This document shows, in pieces, positions 40,177-50,169 of a stretch of 64,000 bases of DNA. The notes beneath the pieces are model-generated. The model worked only from the letters and a program-made list of their open reading frames with translations, ran no database searches and was not told the DNA's origin. Every line of letters starts with the position of its first letter. Position 1 is the stretch's first letter. The translations under genes were made by a program, and so were the position numbers. Source of the DNA: the human T2T-CHM13v2.0 reference genome, Homo sapiens; NCBI RefSeq assembly GCF_009914755.1, contig NC_060937.1. The stretch is one strand, 5' to 3'.

Positions 40177-41471
40177 ATGGGAAACACATAGGCATCAACA
40201 GGATCACCCTTGAAATGCATCCTAAGTCATTGGGACCAATTTGACCTGCAAACTCTGAAAAAGAGGTGGCTCGTTTTTTTTTTTGCATTATGGCCTGGCC
40301 TTGCAATTTATATTCCACAAGAGGACTTCTCAGCTTACCTCCATATCCTAGCCTCCCTATAGCTCCCCTTCCTATTAATTATAAACTTCCTCTAATCTCC
40401 CCTGCCCAGAAGGAAACAAGCAAAGAAATCTCCAAAGGACCATGAAACCCCCCGGGCTATCGGTTATGTCCCCTTCAAGCTGTAGAGGGAGGGGAATTTG
40501 GCCCAACCTGGGTACATATCCCCTTCTCCCTCTCTGATTTAAAGTAGATCAAGGTAAGATCTGGGGAAGTTTTCAGATGATCCTGGTAGGTACATAGATG
40601 TCCTACAGGGTCTAGGGCAAAACTTTGACCTCACTTGGAGAGATGTCATGCTATTGTTACATCAAATCTTGGCCTTTAATGAAAAGAATGCAGCTTTAGC
40701 TGCAGCCCAAGAGTTTGGAGATACCTGGTATCTTAGTCAAGTAAATGATAGAATGACAGTCAAAGAAAGGGACAAATTTCCTACCAGTCAGCAAGCCATC
40801 CCCAGTATGGATCCCCACTAGAACCTCGACTCAGATCATGGGGACTGGAGTCATAAACATCTGTTGACCTGTGTTTTAGGAGGACTAAGGAGAATTAGGA
40901 AAAAGCCCATGAATTTTTCAATGATGTTCACCATAACTCAGGGAAAGGAAGAAAATCGTTCTGCCTTCATTGAATGGCTATGGGAGGCCTTAAGAATATA
41001 TACTCCCCTGTCACCTGACTCCCTCGAGGGTCAATGGATCCTAAAAGATACGTTTATTACCCAATCAGTCACAGATATCAGGAGAAAGCTCCAAAAGCGA
41101 GCCCTGGGCCCTGAACAAAATCTGGAGGCACTATTAAACCTGGCAACCTCAGTGTTCTATAATAGGGACCAAGAGGAACAGGCTGAAAGGAAAAGTGAGA
41201 TCAGAGAAAGGTCTCAGCCTTAGTCATGGCCCTCAGACAAACAAACCTTGGTGGTTCAAAGAGGACAGAAAATGGAGCAGGCCAACCACCTGGTGGGGCT
41301 TGTTATCAGTGTGGTTTGCATGGACACTTTAAAAAAGATTGTCCAATGAGAAACAAGCCACCCACTCGCTCATGTCCACCATGCCAAGGCAATTACTGGA
41401 TGGCACACCGCCTCAGAGGACAAAGGTTCTCTGGGCCAGAAGCCCCCAACCAGATAATCCAACAAGACTGA
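40177..41471 (+). pseudogene. gag: Disrupted HERV9 gag
   Basis: MGNT*ASTGSPLKCILSHWDQFD; major homology region QGKEENRSAFIEWLWEAL..DIRRKLQK; zinc knuckle CYQCGLHGHFKKDC; terminal TGA at 41469. Confidence 0.92.
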
Positions 41472-43665
41472 GGGTGCCTGGGGCAAGTGCCAGCTTATGT
41501 CATTACCCTCCCTGAGCCCCAGGTACGTTTGACCATTGAGGGACAGGAAATTGACTTCCACCTGGACACTGGTGTGGCCTTCTCAGTGTTAATTTCCTGT
41601 CCTGGACAGCTGTCCTCAAGGTCTGTTACCATCCGAGGAATCCTGGGACAGCCTATAACCAGGTATTTCTCCCACCTCCTCAGTTGTAATTGTGAAACTT
41701 TGCTCTTTCACATGCCTTTCTTGTTATGCCTGAAAGTCCCACACCCTTATTAGGGAGGGACATATTAGCCAAAGCTGGAGCTATTATCTACATGAATATG
41801 GGGGACAAGTTACCCATTTGTTGTCCCCTACTTGAGGAGGGAATCAACCCTGAAATCTGGGCATTGGAAGGACAATTCAGAAGGGCAAAAAATGCCCACC
41901 CAGTTCAAATCAGGCTAAAAGACCCCCACCACTTTTCCTTATCAAATGCAATATCCCTTAAGGCCTGAAGCTCATAAAGGATTACAGAATATTGTTAGAC
42001 ATTTAAATGCACAAGGCTTAATAAGAAAATGCAGCAGTCCCTGCAACACCCCAATTCTAGGAGTGCAAAAACCAAACAGTCAGTGGAGACTAGTGCAAGG
42101 TCTTAGACTCATCAATGAAGCAGTAATTTCTCTACATCCAGTTTTACCCAACCCCTATACCCTGCTCTCTCAAATACCAGAGGAAGCAGAATGGTTCACT
42201 ATTCTGGACCTAAAGGATGCCTTCTTCTGATTTTCCCTGCACTCTGACTCCCAGTTTCCCTTTGCCTTTGAGGATCCCACAGACCACACATCCCAACTTA
42301 CGTGGACGTTCTTGCCCCAAGGGTTTAGGGATAGCCCTCATCTGTTTGGCCAGGCACTGACTCAAGATCTAGGCCACTTCTCAAGTCCAGGAACTCTGGT
42401 CCTTCAGTATGTGGATGATTTACTTCTGGCTACCAGTTCAGAAGCCTCATGCCAGCAGGCTACTCTAGATCACTTAAACTTTCTAGCTAATCAAGGGTAC
42501 AAGGTGTCTAAATCGAAGGCCCAGCTCTGCCTATAAGTCAAATGTCTAGGCCTAATCTTAGCCAGGGCCCTCAGCAAGGAATGAATACAGCCTATACTGA
42601 CTTATCCTCACCCTAAGACATTAAAACAGTTGTGGGGTTCCTTGGAATCACCGGCTTTTGCCGACTATGGATCCCCAGATACAGCGAGATAGCCAGGACC
42701 CTCTATATTCTAATCAAGGAGACCCAGAGGACAAATACTCATCTAGTAGAATGGGAACCAGAGGGAGAAACAGCCTTCAAAACCTTAAAACAGGCCCTAG
42801 TACAAGCTCCAGTCTTAAGCCTTCCCATAGGACAAAACTTCTCTTTATATGTCACAGAGGGAGGAGGAATAGCTCTTGGAGTCCTTACTCAGACTTGTGG
42901 GCCAACCCCACAACCAGTGGCATACCTAAGTAAGGAAATTGATATAGTAGCAAAAGTCTACCATCACTGTTTACAGGTAGTTGCAGTGGTGGCCATCTTA
43001 GTATCAGAGGCTATCAAAATAATACTAGGAAAGGATCTCACTGTCTGGACTACTCATTATGTAAATGGCATACTAGGTGGCAAAGGAAGTTTATGGCTAT
43101 TAGCCAACTGCCTGCTCAGATACCAAGCACTACTCCTTGAGGGACCAGTGCTTCAAATACACATGTGTGTGGCCCTCAACCCTGCCAATTTTCTCCCAGA
43201 GGATGGAGAACAAATGGAGCATGACTGCCAACAAATTATAGTCCAGACTTATGCTACCTGAGATGATCTTTTAAAAGTCACTTTAGCTAGTCCTGACCTT
43301 AACCTATATACTGATGGAAGTTCATTTGTGGAGAATGGGATACGAAGGGCAGGTTATGCCATAGTTAGTGATGTAACAGTACTTGAAACTAAGCCTCTTC
43401 CCCCAGGGACCAGACCCCAGTTAGCAGAACTAGTGGCACTTACTCAAGCCTTAGAACTGGGAAAGGGTAAAAGAATAAATGTGTATACAGAAAGCAAGTA
43501 TGCTTATCTAATCCTACATGCCCATGCTGCAATATGGAAAGAAAGGGAGCTCCTAACCTCTGGGGGAACCCCCATTAAATACCACAAGGAAATCATGGAG
43601 TTATTGCACACAGTGCAAGAACCCAAGGAGGCGGCAGTCTTACACTACTGAAGCCATCAAAAAGG
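41472..43665 (+). pseudogene. pol: Disrupted HERV9 pro-pol (PR, RT, RNase H; no integrase)
   Basis: LDTGVAFSVL; LLGRDIL; LDLKDAFF; PQGFRDSP; YVDDLL; GFLGITGFCRLWIP; RNase H AGYAIV..AELVALTQAL..VYTESKYAY. Confidence 0.93.
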
Positions 43666-43820
43666 GGAAGGAAAGGGGAGAACAGCAGCATAAGTGGCTG
43701 GCAGAGGTAGGGAAAGACCAGCAGAGAGGAAAGAGAAAGACAGGAAGTCAGAGAGAAAGAGAAAGAAAGTCAAAGAGAGAAGGAAAGAGAGAGATGGAAG
43801 TAGTGAAGTAAAGAAAAAAC
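43661..43820 (+). repeat. Purine (AG)-rich low-complexity tract
   Basis: Strongly A/G-biased (GAGAGGAAAGAGAAAGA...), directly after RNase H. Confidence 0.85.
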
Positions 43821-44459
43821 AGTGTATCCTATTCCTTTAAAATCCAGGGTAAATTTAAGACCCATAATTGATAATTGAAGGTCTTCTCCATGACCTTATA
43901 ACACTGCAATACCACCTTGTTGTCAGTGTAAACAAGGGCTCACACACAGCTCAATGAGCCAGGCTGAAAACACTGAGGTCACTGACAACCTGTAGCCTTC
44001 CTATCAAAAATCCGTAACCCAGCAAGTTTCCTAACAGGGGATCTAAATCTTAATTAGTTACCATACAAAGGTCCTACCAGACCTGGGAGGAACTCCCGCC
44101 AGGACAGGATGATAGATAGTTCCTCCTGGGCTATTCAGGGAAAAAGACACAATGGGTATTCAGTAAGTGATAAGGAAACTCTTGGAGAAGCAGAGTTAGG
44201 AAAATTGCCTAATAATTGGTCTGCTCAAACGTGAGAGCTGTGTGCACTCAGCCAAACCTTAAATTACTTACAGAATAAGGACAGAGCCATCTATACCAAT
44301 TCTAAGTTAATATGGACTGAACGAGGTCTTATTAATAGCAAAGAATAATTGAAATCCCAAACTTACAAGGTTTCAACAAAAGTAAAGTTTGCTAAAAGTT
44401 AACAGTGTAACATGTATTATTCTAACTCCTAATCTTGTGGAAATCAGACCTTATCGGTG

Positions 44460-45153
44460 CCCCTCAAAGCTCATGTCTATCAGCTCAGGGCCATACCAAT
44501 AATACCCCTACTTATAGGGTTAGGAATGGCCACTGCTACAGGAACTGGAATAGCAGGTTTGTCCACTTCACTCTTACTACCACACACTCTCAAAGGATTT
44601 CTCAAACAGTTTGCGAGAAATAATAAAATCTATCTTTACTCTACAATCCCAAATAGACTCTTTGGCAGGAGTGACTCTCCAAAACCACCAAGGCCTAGAC
44701 CTCCTCACTGCTGAGAAAGGAGAACTTTGCACCTTCTTAGGGGAAGATTGTTGCTTTTATACTCACCAGTCAGCGTTAGTATGAGACACCACCCGGCGTG
44801 TACAGGAAAAGGTTTCTGAAATCAGACAACACCTTTCAAACTCTTCTACCAACCTTTGGAGTTGGGTGACATGGCTTCTCCCCTTTCTAGTTGCCATGAC
44901 AGCCATCTTGCTATTACTCGCCTTCAGGCCCTGTATTTTTAACCTCCTTGTCAAATTTGTTTCCTCCAGGATCAAGGCCATCAAGCTACAGATGGTCTTA
45001 GAAATGGAACCCCAAATGAGGTCAACTAACAACTTCTGCCGAGGACCCCTGAACCGACCCACTGGCCCTTTGGCTAGCCTAGAGAGTTCCCCTCTGGAGG
45101 ACACTACCACTGCAGGGCCCCTTCTTTACCCCTATCCAGCAGGGAGTAGCTAG
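44460..45153 (+). pseudogene. env: HERV9 env TM remnant
   Basis: Fusion peptide RAIPIIPLLIGLGMATATGTGIAGL; ISD LQNHQGLDLLTAEKGEL (from 44677); CX6CC motif CTFLGEDCC; stop at 44782; membrane span and tail WLLPFLVAMTAILLLL..KLQMVLEMEPQM. Confidence 0.92.
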
Positions 45154-45215
45154 AGTTGTCATTGCTCAATTCCCAACAGCAGAGAATGTTGGGATGTCCT
45201 GTTTAGAGGGGAAAT

Positions 45216-45667
45216 TGAGAGATGAAGCCAGCTGGACTTCCTGGTTCAAGTGGGGACTTGGAGAACTTTTCTGTCTTACAAGAGGTTTGTAAAATGCACC
45301 AATCAGTGCTCTGTAAAAAAGCACCAAATAGTGCTCTGTAGCTAGCCAGAGGTTTGTAAAATGGATGAATCACACTGTAAAATGGACCCATCAGCACTCT
45401 GTAAAATGCACCAATCAGCAGGACATGGGTGGGGACAAATAAGAGGATAAAAGCTAGCCACCCCAGCCAACAGTAGCAACCTGCTCAGGTCCCCTTCCAA
45501 GCTGTGGAAGCTTTGTTCTTTTGCTCCTCACTATAAATCTTGATGCTGCTCAGGCTTTTGGTCCGTGCCACCTTTATGAGCTGTAACACTCACTGTGAAG
45601 GTCCATGGCTTCATTCTTGAAGTCAGTGAGACCAGGAACCCACCAGAAGGGACAAACTCCAGACACA
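45216..45667 (+). mobile_element. HERV9 3' LTR (short LTR12)
   Basis: Follows the PPT; TGAGAGATGAAGCC...CAGACACA. Confidence 0.92.
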
Positions 45668-46458
45668 TTGTCATGTTGGGCGGCTGCCTGACGCTGTTGG
45701 AAGGCGAGAGGGCTATAGTGTTAGAGCTCTGCTTCAGGGAATCCTGAGGTCTGGGCACCTGTAAGTGTCACCATTCTTTACTCCCTCAGTCTAGTGAATG
45801 GGAGTGTGTCAATACCCACAGCTCAGTAAGCCAGCCAGGAACTTTTTACAGCCCCTTTTTGTCCCACCAACAGCTTGGTGAACCAGCCAGGAAGTGTTAC
45901 CACCCCCTTTGCACCTGCCCACAGCTTGGTGATCTGGCCAGGAAAGTGTTACATACGGCCCTTTTTCACTCCCACCCACAGCTCAGTGAGGCAGCTAGGA
46001 AAGTGTTACAGACCTTTTCATGCCCACAGTTCAGCGGGGCCTGAGTTCTTGTCCTGTGTCCAGGAAGAATGAGGTTACACAGACAACTAGAGAGTGAGCA
46101 AGGTGGAGACAAGTTTTATTGAGTGACAGAACAGCTCTCACCAGAGAGGAGACCTGAGGTGGGTACTTTCTACTCACAGGCATGTAGTCCTGACATGTAT
46201 CTGAGTTCAGCTGAGCCTAGGGTTTTTATGGTCTCAGAGTGGAAGAAGTGCATGCTGATTGGTCCATGGGTGGACATGGAAAAAGCATCATCTGATTGGC
46301 CTGAAGGCATCAAGGAAGTTCCTACTCTGGGTTGTGGACTCTACTCAGAACTGGCAGCCTGGTTTTCAGGCTTCAGGCTGTCTCTGACTTAAAGGTTGGG
46401 TTTCACTGCAGACCTGCCCCTCTCTGCCCAGGAATTTGCCTGCCTCCTGCAGCTATCA
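45668..46458 (-). mobile_element. MER52 5' LTR, distal piece
   Basis: About 46020-46458 aligns with about 29670-30104; ends GCTATCA followed by the TSD ATAT. Confidence 0.87.
45815..46035. repeat. Degenerate tandem repeat of about 50 bp (about 4 copies) in the MER52 LTR
   Basis: The unit CCCACAGCT(C/T)..GCCAGGAA(A)GTGTTAC..CCCTTTT recurs near 45816, 45865, 45918 and 45975. Confidence 0.8.
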
Positions 46459-47095
46459 ATATGTGTTCCATGACTGTATGGCATTCCTGAATATCTGATG
46501 TGTCCTAATATATGTTGTTGGTAATTATTACATTAAATTGTTGTATGCCACAGAATAGTCAAATTTCCTTGTCAGCTCTGTCTTTAACTATAGCTGTCTT
46601 AAGAATTTGTCATTCAAAAATAATATTTTGCTTTGATCCTCCTCAAAAAAAGTGACTTATAATCAGCACACTCCAAGGCTTGCTTCTTTGGATGAGTTCA
46701 TGAAAAGGACTCTTGAATGCAGATTTTGATAACTTTGGAGATTGTGCCATTGGATTGGAGAGAAAACATTCAGGGCACTAACTGAAAAACTGATGTGTTT
46801 GTAAATATTGCTAACCCAATATGAAGCAGAGCAGGAGTTGATTGCATGGATTGAACTAATGGAGAAAGGAAAAAACGTTTTATTGTGTTTGTTGTTTGAA
46901 ATATTACTGATTCTTTTTGTTTTGTTTTTCAGAGTCTTGGGGATCTTTTTCTTTTGATCTATTTATTGCCTTGAAATATAGTTAAGTATATTGAGTATAC
47001 TTTTGTAAACAGAATTTGAGTCACATTTCTCTCTCTGCCTAAAGTCTTGTAAACTATTTGTGAATATTCTTAATTCATGGCAATGTGTTTGTCAG
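46459..47095 (+). mobile_element. MER4-group internal sequence, right part (no 3' LTR seen)
   Basis: Resumes across the TSD (..GTTGAAATGATAT|GTGTTCCA..); similarity appears to end near 47095. Confidence 0.65.
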
Positions 47096-48273
47096 TTATG
47101 AAATGAGGCAAACATGTATTAAGTATTCAATGAAAAAACACAACTATTCAATGAAAGAAAAAAACAATTCTGACATATATGTCTCATCAACAACCAGCAA
47201 TTACTTCAAGATGCAAACTGTTATTACATCTAAATACTTTTAAAATAAGGACCTTACCTGACTTCATCTAAAATTAATATAATTACTGTGAACTTCAGTC
47301 ATTTATCCTTTTAGCAGGTTATTAAATACCTACATTGTCTATTTTATAGCAAGGAAACTACGAGAAAAAGATATCTCAATCTTAGAGAAGCCATTAGCAG
47401 TGACATATTATATTATGTCATAACTTGATAAATAGGTAAATTACATAATTTATAAATTTTAAATTTTAACAAATTAAAAATTTAAGTTTAAATTGAATTA
47501 AACTTAAATTTTAACTTTAAGTAAATTAAAAATATAAATTTATAAATAAATTACATGCAAACATGAAAAGATAAATTACACAATACTACAACACAAAGAC
47601 TCAGCATCAAAACATGGTTCTAGTGTTTTTTTAAATTCTGGAAACATATTATTGTACTCTGTTTGTCTTTACCTGTGAAGCAAAATTGTTTAAAGTTGGA
47701 GTAATCTGGGAATGATTAAGGCTGACTCTCAGGTAAACAAACATGACTGTGGGATTGACCAGCCTTCTTGGAGACAGCCAGGTCCACTTTCCAGATCATA
47801 GTTTTCAAGGGGCATGACATCATTTGATGAGAGTTACATAGAAATAGATGAGTCACAAATGTAGTATAAACAGTCAACTGTTGGATAGCTAAAAATAAAC
47901 CAGTTTTCAGCACAAGTAACATTCAACCAATTCCCAAAAATGTTTGGAAATTCTTGTTCCCTGACAGAACCTGAAAAGGCAGAAAGTGTAAAGACTGCAT
48001 GAATGGGCTACAGCATACAAATCAGAAGTTAAGAAAATTTCTGTGCAATGAGAAATAAGCACATAAAGTGTTGTAAGAATAAAAGAACAATGCTGTGAGG
48101 CCCACACAGGCACACAGGCACATCAGAGAGAGGTCTCTGGCAAAATCCTTGGTGTTAAGTGAGATTTGCTTCATGATGAAGATAAAGTTTCTAATTCTGA
48201 TACTATTAGTACAAATCAAAAAGCATTAGCAAGTGTTTCTAAGAAAGGTGATTACTCAAATGATGCTCTACTA

Positions 48274-48626
48274 CAGAAGTCCCCAAACATTTTGGCTGAT
48301 TTCATGGAAGACAATTTTTTCACAGTTGGGGGGTTGGGGGGGTGGCAGGGGGTTGGGTGGAGCAGGAGGGATGGTGGTGGGATGAAACTGTTCCACCTCA
48401 GATCATCAGGCTTTAGATTCTCATAAAGAGTGTGAAACATAGATTGCTTGCATGCACAGTTCACAATAGTGCTTCTATGAGAATCTAATGCTGCTTCTGA
48501 TCTGACAGGAGGTGGAGCTCAGGTGGTGATGCTGTCTTGCCCACCACTCCCCTCTTGCTGTGAGGCCCAGTTCCTAGCAGGGCATGGACTGACACTGGTC
48601 TGTAGCCTGGGGGTTGGGAACACCTG
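48274..48626 (-). mobile_element. MER1B hAT MITE, second copy
   Basis: Reverse-complement homologue of 7362-7743 (GATGAAACTGTTCCACCTCAGATCATCAGGC); TSD CTCTACTA/CCTTACTA. Confidence 0.9.
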
Positions 48627-49024
48627 CCTTACTATATTCCACATCTCAATAAAATCCAAAACATGCTAGAACCAATGAATGAATACAAAAAGAAAACAGA
48701 AAAATAATGTATGATTTTATTTTTTTAACAGGTTAACAATATGAAAATATTACTCAGCAAAAAAGACTCTTCTAAAGGGGAAAAGTGTAAGACTGTTTTT
48801 TTTTTTTTTGAAACAAAATGAAATCTATTTTTCCATATTCTAATAAGAGGATTCTGGCCATTGGTTTTTCTATTTTTCAAGACTGTTTTCAAGTGGAGGC
48901 AATATTTTGTTTTTGTTCATTACTTTGTTTTTAGTTTATCATGATATGTTTACTGTATGAGTAAAATTCATATGTGTGTATTTCCAAATACAGTTCAAAC
49001 CATAATCTTTCATAACTTTATGTA

Positions 49025-49294
49025 GACCAGGCATGGTGGCTCACGCCTGTAATCCCAGCATTCTGTGAGGCTGAGACAGGAAAATTGCTTGAGCCCAGGA
49101 GTTTGAGACCAGCCTGGGCAACATAGTGAAACCCCTTCTCTACTAAAAAGACAAAAAATTAGCCAGTCATGGTACTGTGCACCTGTTATCCCAGGTACTT
49201 CGTCCCTGAGCCTGGGAGGTCAAGGTTGCAGTGAGTGAAGATCATGCCACTGCAATCCAGCCTGGGCAACCAGAGTGAGACTGTCTTAAAAAAA
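49025..49294 (+). mobile_element. AluJ element with a right-arm deletion
   Basis: J diagnostics TTGCTTGAGCCCAGGAGTTTGAGACCAGCCTGGGCAACATAG and GAGGTCAAGG. Confidence 0.88.
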
Positions 49295-50169
49295 ATCTTT
49301 ACATAAAACTTACCCCTTTCATTTGATTTTTACTTTATTAACAGTTTCTAAATGCAAAGATCGAATTAAAATATATCAGCAATCAGACAAACGTTCTGTT
49401 AATTTGTTCTAATATGTGGTCTTCTGTTGGGTTTCTAAGACTTTCTTATGATTAGCTTTTATAAAATAAAATCTTTTAAGGTTTTAAGATTGTTTATATG
49501 CCCTATGGTGTACATAACATATTCTCAAAATGTATTGATTTTGTAATAATGCAAAAGCGATATATTACATGTATGCTCACACTCAGATACTTTAAATTCA
49601 CAGGATTTTCCTTGACACTTAAAGTTACAGTAGTGGTCTTTTGAATCTGACATTTGTATGATTGGTGGATTGTGCTCCAGTTATATTGACCTTTTTTTTT
49701 TTTAAATTTCAGTGCTCACTAGCTCATCAGATGCCATGCTGCCCAAAAAAAAAAAAAAAAGCGCTCACAATTTCCCTTCTCCTCTGTCAATTAGTGTATC
49801 TTCTTCAAGAGCACTGATAATCATCCATGAATAGTTCTTACCTTGGCTGTCTACAACTCTCTATAACCTTTATAACCTTCAAGGAGCTATTTGTCTTTGC
49901 ATTACCTAATCTTGTAGATTTATATACTTGTAAGCCCAAGAGCTACTTCTTAGCCCCAGGGTAGCAATACATACTCTATTTATTTCTTTGCCAAAGCTGC
50001 CTTTTCCCCCCTTTAAAGCAACCATCATTTTATATTTTCTTAGATAATTCTTTTTTCAATACTTCTCTTTTTTATTGTTATTGTCTCTAAAGACAATATT
50101 TTACTAACCTACTAATAAGTCCTACTAGTATAAATTCTTATTACAAAGGAGTGGTTAGGGCATGACACA

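Larger units (their letters stand above)
38416..45667 (+). mobile_element. HERV9-group provirus with short LTR12 LTRs, integrase and SU deleted
   Basis: LTRs at 38416-38902 and 45216-45667, Arg PBS, PPT AGAGGGGAAA (45205-45214), gag-pro-RT-RNase H and env TM remnants; TSD CTGT/TTGT. Confidence 0.92.

Noticed and set aside
42632-43261. 209-aa pol ORF as a functional gene
   Set aside because: It is only an RT thumb/connection fragment between stops and frameshifts, with a non-ATG start.
44457-45153. Possible syncytin-like domesticated env
   Set aside because: Signal peptide and SU are absent, a frameshift follows the fusion peptide, and a stop lies at 44782.
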